From Anolis carolinensis (lineage: Eukaryota), in the NCBI RefSeq assembly GCF_035594765.1, contig NC_085844.1:144600107-144664106 (forward strand): a stretch of DNA of 64,000 nt, given 5' to 3'. Shown piece by piece: positions 37,418-50,559 of this stretch (positions are counted from its first letter, which is position 1; the number at the start of each line of letters is the position of its first letter). A model generated the notes under the pieces. That model saw nothing but the letters and a program-made list of their open reading frames with translations, did no database searches and had not been told where the DNA came from. The position numbers and the translations under genes were made by a program.

Positions 37418-39080
37418 TATAAATTGCTCGTTACCTCCACTCTTTTGCCTTTTAGCATCATGACCTTAGTTTGGGCTAGGATAACAGGAGTTATTTGTGT
37501 GTGGATGAAGTAGACCCATTCTCCTTTGGCAAACTGCTACAACGCCTGATCCAGCCATCAGTCACTGGATGGAGTGTGAATAGAGTTATAGATTGAAGTC
37601 GAAGAATTTCCCATCTGGTGAATCTGTCTCCAATTGCATTCCAGCACATTGCAGTAAAGATCCACCATCCAATTCCAAGGCATTTTCTTGGTGTACTTCA
37701 GCTTTATATGAACTAAATTGGACACACTTTTTCTTCCTATCCCCTTGCCTCCATGAGGTTTTACTGCAGCCACAAATATATTTGATGGGATCTCTGATTC
37801 AGCTCACTCAATGAGAACCTTCCTACTGGCTTAAGTGACCCAGTAGAGATATAACCGTGTGCAATTGCTAACTATACATTCTTAAGGGAAAGGGAGAGTC
37901 CCCCATGCTCCCTCATAATACCAAATGACTGTAAGAAGGGCAGAATAGAAATTAGATCAGTTAATGGCCTATGGAACTGCTTCTTCCTCCTTTTTAGTTT
38001 TGAAGTGTGCTAGGTCAATGGGACATTACATGGGTATCTGTTCACTCAAATCGGACACAGTTTGCAAAGCCAAACTTTCAAACTGCAATTTCAAACCAGG
38101 ACTCTCAAGTAAGAAATTACAAACAGTGAAAATTTTGTAATTAATTCCTTTCCTCAATAACTAAAATGCAAGCAAGTTTTATTATAACTGGAATTTTAAA
38201 ATGAATAGTTGTACTCCTTTTCTGTAACTGTACATTTTGTTACAATTTTATAGTGAAAACGAAATAGCTTGACTAAAAGATGGAAGAGGAACATCATGCA
38301 GTTAAAGTACTGGCTTATGCTATGCCACATGCTGTTGAACCAAAAACTTTCATTTTTTTAAAAAAAGTGTTTAGACGTACTACACAATTGCTGTTGAGAA
38401 TAAAGAGGTAAAGGTGTGTTATTAAAATGTGTATATATAAGAAAATATAAGAAAACAACTACTTTCGAGGACTTTAGAAGTACTTATGTGTAAGCATTAT
38501 TTTGAAAGCAACAACTTAAGCTTTGCTGTAGGCTGGCTTGATGCTAAGAAAGACTTGATAAAAAATGTTGCACATTTTCCAGATGGTGGGTCCAATATCA
38601 CCTCCAAATTTGAGTGTAAACTGTAAAGGAACTGTCTATGGTGCAGAATTTATTTGGATGGTGAGATTCAGCACGTTTCATTTTTTTCCGTTAAAGTCTG
38701 GTAATAATGTCCAGATTGGATTCACAACCCCACTGACATAGGAGCCACACATTGCCAAGTTGTTAGCTAGTTTTTAAATTAAAAGCAAGGAGGGTGCCTA
38801 TGTCAGGGCAGGGAGAGACACATGTGAGATCATTGAGACCAGCAGGGCCTGAGTGAATAGTTAAATGAGGGCAGGAAAGACAAATATATTAGTATAATAT
38901 GATTTATACATTCATTTATCTGTTACCATCTGTCTTTTTCCCATGGCGGTTTACATACATAATGAATTAAAATGTAGAACAGTTTTTAAAAAACCACCAA
39001 TCAGTTATAACACTGAAAAATACTTCTCATCTTACAACATAAAAAGCTCATATTTCTTTCCTGCATTTTGCTATCTATCA

Positions 39081-39138
<58 letters not shown>
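39081..39138. repeat. (CT)n(ATCT)n microsatellite
   Basis: Directly visible. Confidence 0.95.
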
Positions 39139-39139
<1 letters not shown>

Positions 39140-39144
39140 TTAAT

Positions 39145-39370
39145 TGTTGTTGGCATGAGACTTCAAGTCTGCCCTTACTTTAAAATAAGCTCCAGAAATG
39201 CCTGTAGTATTTTCTTGGCAAGATTTGTTGAGAGGGAGTTTGCCTTTGCTTTCCCCTTAAGTCTGAGAGAATTTGACTTGCCTAAAGTCATTCCATGCAT
39301 TTCAATGACAGTTTGGGATTCAAGCTTTGGTCTACTGAAGTCCAAGTCCAACCCTCAAACAACTTCACCA
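39145..39370 (-). mobile_element. tRNA-derived SINE (family of 4205)
   Basis: TTTCTTGGCAAGATTTGTTGAGAGGGAGTTTGCC..CTGAGAGAATTTGACTTGCC. Confidence 0.7.
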
Positions 39371-39394
39371 AATGACTTCACCTGCAAATCTCTT

Positions 39395-39903
39395 GGGAAG
39401 ACAGGTGGACAAATGCCAGTGTGCTAGAAGAAGCAAAGACCACTAGCATTGAAGTGATGCTCCTTCATCATCAACTCGGCTGGACTGGCGTTGTCTGAAT
39501 GCCTGATCACCATCTCCCAAAGCAGTTACTCTACTCCCAACTCAAGAATGGAAAGTGAAATGTTGGTGGATGGGAAACGAGATTTAAAGATGGGCTTAAA
39601 GCTAACCATTAAAAACTGTGGCATGACAACTGGGAAGCCGTGGCCCTTGAGCGCTCTAGCTGGAAGTCAGCTGTGACCAGGAGTGCTGTGGAATTTGAAG
39701 AGGCTCAAATGGAGGGTGAAAGGGAGAAATGTGCCAAGAGGAAGGCACAACAAGCCAACACTGATGGGGACCGCCTTCCACCTGGACATTGATGTCCTCA
39801 CTGTCGAAGAATATGCAGGTCAAGCATAGGCCTCCAGAGTCACTGCCAGGACATGATACCTGGAAGACAATCATACTCAGATAACTAGGGATCGCCTAAG
39901 TTA
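39395..39903 (+). mobile_element. RTE-clade LINE 3' fragment (decayed)
   Basis: Frameshifted ORF remnants RFKDGLKAN, NWEAVALERSSWKSAV and CPHCRRICRSSIGLQSH (terminal zinc-finger-like motif); tail GATCGCCTAAGT. Confidence 0.85.
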
Positions 39904-40331
39904 GCTCTAGTTTAGCTTGCTTGTATCTATTTAATTTTTTTTAAAATCAAATTTAAATTTGTGATGTATCCTCTTTTTTTACTTCTTTTGAAAGGATAGC
40001 ATTGTTAACCATTGTATTTTTGTCCTTTTTATTTTGGTATCCTTTTTCCTTTGATGCCTGCTGGCATTGCTGGATTTTCCTTTCAGAATGTCTTTTCTTA
40101 GAGCTGAAAACAAAGGCCTTGTGCCAAGAAGCCAGCAAGATTAACAGATGGACAATTGTACTGGGTATTGAAACACACACTGCCTCTCAAAATATGTTTT
40201 AAAATGAGCATGTTCTCTCAAAACATGTCCAAATATAATTTTGATTCATGTAAATGATAGAAAATCCTGCACAATATTGAAAGAATATGTGAAATATGAC
40301 AGATAGCTAAAAGAATAATGAAACATACCCA

Positions 40332-40628
40332 TTAAAGCGCTGAGCTGCTGAACTTGCAGACCGAAAGATCCCAGGTTCAAATCCCGGGAGCGGAAAGAGC
40401 GCCCGCTATTAGCCCCAGCTCCTGCCAACCTAGCAGTTCGAAAACATACAAATGTGAGTAGATCAATAGGTACCGCTCCGCCGGGAAGGTAACGGCACTC
40501 CATGTAGTCATGCCGGCCACATGACCTTGGACAACGCCGGCTCTTCGGCTTAGAAATGGAGATGAGCACCAACCCCCAGAGTGGTCACGACTGGACTTAA
40601 CATCAGGGGAAAACCTTTACCTTTACCT
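40332..40628 (+). mobile_element. Sauria SINE (head slightly truncated, CpG-rich so probably young)
   Basis: CCAGGTTCAAATCCCGGG B-box, GCCAACCTAGCAGTTCGAAAAC core, AAACCTTTACCTTTACC tail. Confidence 0.93.
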
Positions 40629-40737
40629 ACAAACTTCCCAGTCTCTCTCTTATTGTATTTTTATCCTTTATTAGTTACTTCCTTTAAATCAGGCATGTCA
40701 AACTCATTTTCATCAAGGGCTACATCAATCCTGTAGT

Positions 40738-41432
40738 AGAGCCGCGGTGGAGCCATGAGGGGCCGGGCTGTGGCGCAGGCTGGTAAACAGCTGCTGCAAT
40801 AAATCACTCTGACCATGAGGTCATGAGTTGGAGGCCAGCCCATGGCGAGGTGAGCACCCGTCAATTAAAAATAAAATATAGCCCCTGCTCGTTGCTGACC
40901 TAGCAACCCGAAAGATAAGGTACCACTTATAAAAGTGGGGAGACAAGTTTAACTAATTTACAACGTTGGAATGAGGAAGTGAGGAAGTGCCATCAGAGTG
41001 GATGATGAAGCAGCTGCTCCCCCCTGTGGCCAGAATTGAACATCCCCTCAGGAGAAGGTTAAATTGCCTCTGCGTCTGTCTGTCTGTTGTCTCTGTCTCG
41101 GTTCGATGTGTTTATGGGCATTGAATGTTTGCTCTATATGTACATAATGTGATCCGCCCTGAGTCCCCTTTGGGGTGAGAAGGGCGAAATATAAATACTG
41201 TAAATAAAATAAATAAACCCTTGTGCTAGCTGAACTGCTGACCTGAAGATTGGTGGTTGAAATCTGCAAGACAGGGTGAGCGCCCATCTATCAGCCCTAG
41301 CTTACCATGTGGGGACATGTTGATAACACATCCGGGAGTCCCTGGGCAACATCTCTGTAGACTGCCAATTCTCTCACACCAGAAGCGACTTGCATTATGT
41401 TCTCAATTCATTTCTGACATGATTAAAAAAAG
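40738..41432 (+). mobile_element. SINE with Vingi-like tail (head 40738-40759, body 41218-41432)
   Basis: GAGCCGCGGTGG..|..CCCTTGTGC..CCTGGGCAAC..GCCAATTCTCTCACACCAGAAGCGACTTGCA..CTGACATGATT(A)n; homologous to 56998-57267. Confidence 0.8.
40760..41217 (+). mobile_element. L2-tailed SINE (Anolis SINE 2-like), full length
   Basis: GGGCCGGGCTGTGGCGCAGGCTGG head; tail GATCCGCCCTGAGTCCCC..GGGGTGAGAAGGGCG..AATACTGTAAATAAA. Confidence 0.88.
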
Positions 41433-41854
41433 GCTTATAGTTGCCTTCAAAAGGCCATTGAGTGGTTGATGTTCTTTAGTTTTTCCCCGTTTGGGTCCCC
41501 AAATGTTATTGTATGACAGCTCCCATCAGTTTTGATTATCCGCCATGTGGACTGGGGATAGTGGGAATTGCAACTCAACAGAACTTGTGGCTCTGAGGTT
41601 GGGGAAAGGGAAAAGGGGTATTTTGAAGTCAGTCATCATGTCTACAAGCCTAAATTCAAACCTCGCTATCCTGACTAAAAAGAACAAACTGCAGCCTTCC
41701 AGATGTTACTGTGTCTCAGCTTCCATTAGTTTTAGTCATAATGTCTAATGATGAGGAGTTGTAGTTTAGCATCTGGAGGGCCACATAAAATGACATGACA
41801 GGCTGGATTCAGTCCGTGAGTCTTGAGTATGACAGGTATGCTTTAAATGATATT

Positions 41855-42045
41855 AAATAGCCACACTTGGTAATACTCTGCTAATTCATGAATCCTACAA
41901 TTGATAAATGCTCCCCACTGTTGTTGCAAAAAGATAGTAAAGTTCCAAACTTTCTTAAAGTCGATCAAAGATTTCTCCTTAATCAGCACAATTAATTTGT
42001 CCATCTCAGCTAATTCCAGACTTTCATCAGCCATTCTTATTGTGA
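41855..42045 (-). mobile_element. L1 ORF2 C-terminal fragment
   Basis: Peptide LELAEMDKLIVLIKEKSLIDFKKVW resembles squamate L1 ORF2 ends. Confidence 0.7.
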
Positions 42046-43767
42046 TTTAATTTCATCATACAGACTACAGCTGTTTCAGAAGAACCACCTGCCTATTCTA
42101 TGTCTAGTTTAAAAAACACAGTACAAATGTTTAAAAAAACAATTAAATAGCTAAGTGTGGTTAAAACAGTTTAAAATATAATAAATACACTTAAAATACC
42201 CTTTAAAGTTGCCCCCATCCCACCCACAACCTCCCCAAAGCCTGTTCCTTATCCTTCCCCAAATACCTATATTAGACACAAACACATCACACACTGCATT
42301 AATATGCCTTCAGAATTTAATAATCTGAATACATAAAGCTGCCTTGTGCTGAATCAATCTACTGGTCCATTAAGGATTGTTCTGGATGCTCTGTCTTGTA
42401 AAAGCTCTCAAAGGACTTGGGCAGAGGTCTGGACAGACTTATAGCTTATGATCCTTTCATGTGTAAATGATAGTGAATTTATGTAGAAACTTAGGCATGC
42501 AATGCATATCTTCAGAGTTATGACACCCATTCAATGCTGCATGCTAATTCCACTGCACACTTATAAATATCACTTCCCTAGCTATCCATTGTGAAGAAGC
42601 TACAATCTCAAAAATCTTTGGATCATTATATATAGGCATTACACAGATAAAATACCGGAGCTTTGATTCTCTTGTTAGAGAATGGAGTTTGTGTTAGGTA
42701 TGGTCAGCCTGAGGTCTAAGGAACACATTTTATTTGATTAATAATCCGCCTTTCTCCCAAAACAGGACTCAAAGTAATGCAATGCCTAATTTTATGCAAA
42801 CTAGAGGGAGAGGGGACAGATAAGAAAATGAAGTAGAGGACCAAAATGGACAATATGATGGAAGTGTGGGAAATCCTCTGATGATATATACATATCATAT
42901 CAGGAAAGCCTTCATGGTGTAATGCGGTGGTTCTCAAACTGTGCTCCATGGAGCCTTTAGTTGAAGTTTTAATACTTTCCTGAGTGTTCAGAGATAATAT
43001 ATCTGTATTCTAAATTAAATCAGCATCCTGACAGAACAACAATTCAAGACCTACTTTACACAGGCAGAAGTTCTCATGACTACAGAGTTTCACCTTCTCC
43101 CACACTCAGATTTTTTTTCAACACTGAAATTCTTTCTAAATATGAAGAACATTACAGATTTGGATAAATTATTCAAAAAAATTATATTCACCTTGATTCA
43201 GCCAAATTCAGTGATCATATCTGTCCTTAAGCAAAGGAAGGACCACAATATGCTTGGCTACTACACAGTTGTCACAGTTAAAGATGAGATGGTTCCCTCA
43301 AGTCACAGAAACTTAAGAAAATAAGAAGATTTAAACCAAAGCTTTTAAGTGATAATGACCAAAACATCTCAACCTCAAATCAACAAATATGTAAATTTTG
43401 GTTTCTGCCAACACTGAAATTTCTCCTGAATGTGAAGACATTAAAGAAGTTGGAATATTCTCATTCCAAATGAAATGAAATGCCTCTTTCTGACAGACAG
43501 AGTCAAATAGCTCATAAACAATCAAAAGATTTTATCAAATTACACAACGATCCATTTCATTGTTGATCTCCTCTAATGACTTTATTGCACAAGGGTGACA
43601 AACCAGCACAGAAGCAAGACCATCATCTTTGGTAACTGTCTTTACCATATGATGCTATGTGATCTTCATTTGTGGTCTGCAACTTTCACACAATGATGTC
43701 ATTGATGGGAAACTGTCAATAGCCCTGGGTCATGTCATAGTGTCACAATCTACCTAGTGCAATACTG

Positions 43768-43903
43768 NNNNNNNNNNNNNNNNNNNNNNNNNNNNNNNNN
43801 NNNNNNNNNNNNNNNNNNNNNNNNNNNNNNNNNNNNNNNNNNNNNNNNNNNNNNNNNNNNNNNNNNNNNNNNNNNNNNNNNNNNNNNNNNNNNNNNNNNN
43901 NNN
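43768..43903. other. Assembly gap (136 N)
   Basis: Run of N. Confidence 1.
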
Positions 43904-43958
43904 TTGTGATTTTGTGAAACGAAATTCAGCATATCTATCTTGTTTGCTGTGTCATGCA

Positions 43959-44003
<45 letters not shown>
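43904..44003 (+). mobile_element. 3' end of an R4/Dong-like element followed by (TAA)n
   Basis: 43904-43957 matches the 3' UTR at 44445-44498; (TAA)n at 43958-44003. Confidence 0.85.
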
Positions 44004-44005
<2 letters not shown>

Positions 44006-44520
44006 GTAAAGAACTGGTGGGATCACAAACCTGCAAAAGTATGGAAAAGGAGCATGCAAAGATACTGTGGGACTTCCGAATCCAGACTGACAAAGTTCTG
44101 GAACACAACACACCAGACATCACAATTGTGGAAAAGAAAAAGGTCTGGATCATTGATGTTGCCATCCCAGCTGACAGTCGCATTGAGGAAAAACAACAGG
44201 AAAAACTCAGCCGCTATCAGGACCTCAAGATTGAACTTCAAAGACTGTGGCAGAAACCAATACAGGTGGTCCCGGTGGTGATCGGCACATTGGGTGCCAT
44301 GCCAAAAGATCTCAGCCAGCATTTGGAAACAATAGACATTGACAAAATTACGATCTGCCAACTGCAAAAGGCCACCCTACTGGGATCTGCGTGCATCATC
44401 CGAAAATACATCACACAGTCCTAGACGCTTGGGAAGTGTTCGACTTGTGATTTTTTGATACGAAATCCAGCATATCTATCTTGTTTGCTGTGTCATACAA
44501 TGTTGTTGTGTCAATAATAA
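44004..44520 (+). mobile_element. R4-clade (Dong/Rex6-like) non-LTR retrotransposon, 5' truncated, with a restriction-like endonuclease domain
   Basis: ORF LWDFRIQTDKVLEHNTPDITIVEKKKVWIIDVAIP..EKLSRYQDL..VVPVVIGTLG is a PD-(D/E)xK RLE domain; flanked by TAA repeats. Confidence 0.93.
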
Positions 44521-45100
44521 TAATAACAATGACAACTTTATTCTTGTACTCTGGCTCCATCCCCCTGAAAGGACTCGGGTGGCTTACATAAGAAAAACAG
44601 TCCATACATTTAAAACACAATATAATAATATAGTTATAAAACAACATAACATGATCATTATTAAAACCAAGACATCAATTGCTATGTACAGAGGGTGATT
44701 AGTGCAAAACTCTGAGTAAAGTCCATGAGTAAAATAGAGATGGGTGGGAGAGGACAAGGAACCAATCACATTAAAACACTAAACCTATAAAATGGGGGTC
44801 AATATTAAAGTGCAGCACCGTTTGAAATCAAGATACATGGCTGGTGGCCTCTTCACTCAAAAGCGCACCGGAACATCCATGTTTTTATACTCTGGCACAA
44901 GGTGAACAACGAAGGAGCCAGTCTAATCTCCCTGGGGAGCGAGTTCCAGAATCAGGGAGCCATTACCGAGAAGGCCCTCTCTCTCGTCCCCACCAACCGT
45001 GCTTGAGACGGAGGTGGGAGTGAGAGAAAGGCCTCCCCGGAAGATCTTAGGGCCCCATGCAGGTTCATAGGGGAGGAGGCGATTGTGGAGATAAGCAGGT
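44521..45100 (-). mobile_element. L2 LINE 3' fragment
   Basis: GGACTCGGGTGGCTTACA tail; minus-strand GTRERAFSVMAP.FWNSLPREIRLAPS. Confidence 0.88.
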
Positions 45101-45679
45101 CCAATATGTTAGTTGATCAGGGGGAATAATAGTTCTCCTCTTCCAATCTCCCCTTACTGAAAAAAAGATTTCTTTTATTAAAAAGTATTAATTGCAAAAT
45201 GTCTTTTTAAAAAAAGTTATACTACTCACCCAGAAATGTGGCTGCAGGACCTCACACTACTGAGGAGTTGCAGTTGCATGCAGTGCAAGGAAGGGGATGA
45301 CTACACCAATAAGTTGCCACTATCCTTGACCACAGAAAAGTATCATGCAGTAGAGTCACAGGTTTATATGATGCACTCTGTCATAAACAGGCATCCCTAC
45401 ATTTGTGGGTGAATGTCTTGTATTTCTTTTTGGTTTCAGTGAACAATTGCATTCATCAATTGACGTTTTTGCAATGTTTCAAGCATATCTAACTTTATGA
45501 GGAAATCATGGTTAAAGAGAGGCAAAATAATGGCTTCTTTTACTGATGCTAGTTTTTATTGATCCTGAAGGACAGACTTCAGTGATGTTGGAAGGCAATT
45601 TGGTAGGGGTATCTGAAAAAAAAAGAGAGAGAGAATATGATTACTTAAGTAGCAGCATCTATTAACTTAGCACTATATG

Positions 45680-46020
45680 TAAGCTGACGCAGAGCTTCGG
45701 AGCGGTGCTATTAATCATGTCTTAATGTAAAAGCATAAAGCGCTTGCTGCTTTGTAATGTTCTTTCCAAATAGTCCCAGTGGGAATCACAACTTTATTTC
45801 ATTAAAATGCCTGCCTGCTGTTAATTGATCTTAGAAAAACATGAACAAATTAACTAGACTTTGAGAGGCATTGGTGTAAATTTATATTTCTACGTGCTCT
45901 GCAGCAGCGGATTAAGCATGTTCCGGATCGCTCTTCCCAACTGTGAGGAACAGTGTGCTGCACTTGGCGTTGCTGACCCGGTTTAATTAATAATACTTTC
46001 GGTAAAACGTTTTGCACACC
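45680..46020. promoter_or_regulatory. Candidate conserved non-coding element/enhancer
   Basis: No recognisable repeat; about 12 CpGs retained in about 340 AT-rich bp; several TAAT/ATTA cores (TATTAATC, GTTAATTG, GGATTAA, TTTAATTAATAA). Confidence 0.5.
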
Positions 46021-46280
46021 AAAGGTTAAAAAAAAAAGAGAAAAAATATTGTTTGCAAACTGTAGTATTTTTCAAGCCAGCTGGGATGCAGTATGAGTTT
46101 GGGTCATGGACAATTAATTCTAAGTTCTAATGACTCCTCTTATGTGAAACAAATGCTTTTATTAGGAGGAATGATTGATGAATGTTAAGTTTCGTTCATT
46201 TTGGAGAGATTAAAGGGATTAGTATTTTCTTTAACAATGAACACCCCCTCCTAATGACTATATATAATTTTGTGTATATA

Positions 46281-46385
46281 ATAGAATCACAGAGTTGGAT
46301 GAAACGACAAGATCCATCCAATCCTATATTCTTTCATGCAGGAATACATAGTCAAAGCACTCCTGAAGGACGGCATTCCAAACTC
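46281..46385 (-). mobile_element. CR1 3' tail fragment
   Basis: ATAGAATCACAGAGTTGGA..CCATCCAATCC..CATGCAGGAATACATAGTCAAAGCACTCC. Confidence 0.7.
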
Positions 46386-47022
46386 GGTTGTAGGTGAAGA
46401 GAGAATCTATTTTTCTGTGATATGTATCCAAGGATATGTTTCCTTATGATAAGGAAAATAATTTGGTGAAATTTATTCAACATCAGACTGAGAGGCAGTT
46501 TGCAAGACTGAAAATTACCATAAAAACACATATAGCTATACAAAAGTTGATATTAAAAGAGTATTAAACTAACAAGGGAATAAAAATAATTTAAACTCTT
46601 ACTATATTCTGATATTAACTAGTCATATCACTATCAACAGGGAAGCATAATGTTAGAGGAACACATTTTGAAAGTAAAAACTTAATGGATTGAATAAATT
46701 AGATAAAAAGCCAGGTAATTAGGAAATATAAATTTCAGAAACATAAAAAATAGTATACTCCTTAATGTGCCTGCTACCACCACCTTCTCTAATACCTGTA
46801 TTGGGAGAAAGGTGGGATAAAAAATAAGAGTAAATAAATTTATATTATTTATTTGAAGTTAAGGAATAGGAAGAATAGAGTAATAAAAGTAACTAAGATG
46901 CTCTGTCTGGAATCCTATAGTTATACACATGTGTAGCTTTTCCATAATATGCAGCTATGGACTCATAATGCAGCAATGTAATTTCATAAATATAATCATT
47001 TTTTCATGGCATAAAATACTAG

Positions 47023-47123
47023 GGTTAGTCCCAACTGGAATTATTGAATCAAATAGATGTATGTACATGTTGTCTGATTATTAAACAATTGATTCAATGG
47101 TTCTATTCTAGTTGGGCCTGACC
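47023..47123. repeat. Old palindromic MITE-like repeat
   Basis: GGTTAGTCCCAACTGGAA..ATTGAATCAA / TTGATTCAAT..TTCTAGTTGGGCCTGACC. Confidence 0.6.
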
Positions 47124-47617
47124 AGCAGATATCCAGCCATGCTGCTGCACATCTTCCCAACTGGAAGTGGAATGAGTTTTTGAAAAATCAGAATGGCATC
47201 TTAATTAATTTCTACTTCTCTACTGGAATGAATATTACTGCACTCCCAAGAATGCTAACTTGCAGCAATTCCTCCAAGTTCCTACTGTAAGGCTTAATGT
47301 ATCTTGTGTTTAAATGTCTTAAAAGTTTCAGATAGATTACATTGGTGATTTTCTAAATTTTAATGGCTGGTTACTTATACAGTAAGTATTTTAGATATTA
47401 CAGATTATACTTAAAGTCTGATTTGTTTGAGAGATTATTTACGCTTTGTCAGAGTAGATGTATTTTAATATTTCAGAGATTTAGATGATTTAAAATTAAT
47501 TTCTAAGAAAAATTAGAATGATTTAGATTATCCATACAACCTTGATCGATGAATATGTATACTGTATAAAATAAAATAAACTATTCCACACAAGATTGTT
47601 CATATTCTTAAATTTCA

Positions 47618-48072
47618 CAAGATGAATATCAACAAACTGGAATGGGTTAAGAGAAGGGTTATCAAGGCTATTAGACATTTAGAAACCAACCTTATGACCA
47701 CTGTCTGAGGCAGCTGGAACAAGAAGAGAAGACATGACATCTATCTTTAAATATCTGAAATAATGTCATTTAGAACAGTGTGGTCCAACTTTTAGTTACC
47801 TGAGGGCCAATCAAACTTTAGTATAGGAATGTGAGGGCCAAAGACATTCCAGAAAGAAAACTAATTACAAAAATAATATTGAATTACATAATTAAAATAT
47901 TAATATTTAATTACATAATTGAAATATTTTTCCAGTAAGAAAGGCAAGGGCCAACAAAAATAAATTGGTGGGCCTCATGCAGCCCACGGGCCGCAGGTTG
48001 CACCACACTGATTTAGGAGATGCTGTGAGCATGCTTTCTGTTGTTCTAATGTGTGGAATACAAACCAATGAT
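47618..48072 (+). mobile_element. Old CR1 ORF2 fragment interrupted by a hAT MITE
   Basis: Peptide INKLEWVKRRVIKAIRHLET..DMTSIFKYLK*CH, resuming after 48018. Confidence 0.7.
47776..48010. mobile_element. hAT MITE
   Basis: TIR CAGTGTGGTCCAAC / GTTGCACCACACTG; TSD ATTTAGAA / ATTTAGGA. Confidence 0.88.
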
Positions 48073-50559
48073 TTAATGAAATCAGTTGGATCTCTATATG
48101 TTTTGATTTGCCCTTCAACTAATGTTCAAATTGGCCAACTCTAGCTAGGACTAATCCATAGAAATTGGTTTGACTGCTACCAAATTCTTGGTTTGATGTC
48201 TACACCAGGAATAAGGAACCTTCCTGCAGAATATTCATATACAATATGCTGCATTTCAGCTGAAAATAAGGCATGCTACACTGAGGGGAAGAAACAGAGG
48301 TAGCTTAATTAATTAATTAATTAATGTTCAGCCAATGGTAGGACACAGGTATATGTGACTCATTCTGGATAGGTTTACAGCACTACCTGGATTTCAGTTT
48401 GGCAACTCTGAATAGTTTGTGTCCAATCCAAACCATTTTGTATCTCTTGATTCCTTCCACTAGCAGCAGTGTCAAAATTCAATGGAAAACCAAGGAAAGC
48501 CCATTAAATCAAGCATTTTCTGTTTCATATACCAACACACTTCAGTGGTGTAGTTTATTGTGGTGTGGTCTGCTGCAGCAGGCTCCAGTGGAGGACAACT
48601 GCACCCCAGAGTTTCAGAGGTTAACTGCAGTAAGAATATAGAAAGACAGCATGTACTATGTAGGTTTTTCATTTTGTCAGTTTCATTCAATGCTGTCTTT
48701 TCTGATAGCAACACTTATCCCAGTGAAAGGTCTTTCACACAATCCTTTTAGCTACAGTAGCCACAGATTTAATCGGGGACCTTCTATGTACAACACACAT
48801 GCTCACTCACTTAAACTATGAGTGCCTTTCATTACTTAGAGTAAGAAGAACATACCCCAAAGAACCTTCCATATTTCCAGAGGTCTTCCTGAGTCATTCC
48901 TACATCATGAATGTTAACACTGCTAGTATCCGCCTCTGGACAGAAATGACTTATATGGCTTTTCTCACCTCTACACACTCCTCTAGCTTTGGGCAGTTTT
49001 TCACACATCCTATGAGTGGATTTAGATTTCTTTTTGTTCATTGTCAACAACCATACATTGAGGGAATCTTAGCAAAAGGCAACCAAAAATATTTGAAGGC
49101 AATGGATAAAAGGTTTTCGCATAACGATGACAGAATGAACAGATTGGAATTATTTGCTTTTAGACAGAGGCAGAAAAAAAGCCCTCATGCGATCAAAGCT
49201 CACACAGAGCAATGAGTGACACTAAGAAGATGGATCAGGAACTTTTGATATCAGGGAAAGACAACATTAAATAATGTCAGAATGCATCAGATTCAAATCA
49301 GATGAAAGGACCCTTTGATTGCAACCCATCATTTTACTCATTGCCATAGGGGTGTCTATTTCCGTTTTCCTAACTTCACAGAATAGAATATGAATCATGT
49401 ATTGTAAACGGGTTGGATGCGCTTTGCATTGTTTAAAGATATTTCAGTTGGAACATCATGAGAGTTTATTATTATTTTTCTGTGCGGGTCTGTCCATGAC
49501 TAGACATAGACACAAGGTGGAGGGTGGATTCCTTCTGGATGTTGTCTGTGGGGTTTTTTCAGCATATATACCATGGGATTTCACCTCAGTGACAGGTAAT
49601 GAAAATGTGTATGTATTCTATCCAGTTGTATGGTTTACACTGTAGTGGGGACATTGTCACTGATTTCTTCATTCTGTAACCACTTTGGCCAAATTTGGGA
49701 TTGAGCAGTGGCTCAAAGAAGAGAATTCAAAAGTACTCTTATCAGGATAATTTCACTCCTGACAGTCCATCCTAAGACAGAAATTGTTATCTACAGTTAA
49801 AATGCCCTCTGTAATGGCAATAGGGGAGGACAATGGCCAGAAATTAGCAAGGTGGGGTTCAGTTGAATCACAACCACCCTAACCTTTTAAATGTGGGTAT
49901 TTTTCCTAATAATGATGTGTCTGAAGGAAATTCTCTTTTTAGAAGGAGAAGGGAACCAAGAGAGGCAATTTAAAAAAAACTGGGAAAAACTGGAAATTGA
50001 TTTTGAGTTTACATCATTGTTAGAAAATGATGATCTAAAATGGTCGTCAAGAGAAATAAACATAAATAAATTGGAACAATTTTAAAAATAAAAACAAATA
50101 GAAAAGAAAAAAGGAGCACTGAAAGTCTAAAAAGAGTTGTAGCTTATATCAGTACTATAGATGGCACTTTTCCCAGCCTTGATATGTAGCCTTGCACTAT
50201 ACTAAAAAGGGGAAAACCTGGGAGATCAATTATTATGATAACCAATTATTTTAATAACTACTGATATTTTTATTTTATTCCATAATGATTGGGGAGGGTG
50301 ATCAAGATATCTTATAATAAGAGAGGATGAGAAACAAACAGACAGATGAAAGCAAGAATTTAAATCCAATTGATAGTCACAACTAGAGGAACCCTACTGA
50401 ATAATTTGTTTTACCATTCAGCAACTTATTAAATTATCTGCTTCAATTAGAATTAACAATTGGATCTAAACTAAAAACAGTACAATAAATATATGTATAA
50501 TATTAAACTATATATCTTGTAAATGAATTGCACATGATTTATCCCAAATCATGTTTGCT

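Larger units (their letters stand above)
40690..41840. mobile_element. hAT MITE expanded by nested SINE insertions
   Basis: TIR CAGGCATGTCAAACTC / GAGTATGACAGGTATG; perfect TSD CTTTAAAT (40682-40689, 41841-41848); same family as 1059-1240. Confidence 0.88.

Noticed and set aside
43954-44424. 156-aa ORF as a host poly-Asn nuclease gene
   Set aside because: The poly-Asn is the (TAA)n target repeat and the rest is a truncated R4 RLE domain with its own 3' UTR
46400-46740. Possible L1 ORF1/ORF2 junction remnant (also the A-rich 49880-50130 and 63660-63960)
   Set aside because: Only A-skew and a weak NLNGLN-like motif; too degraded to support a call
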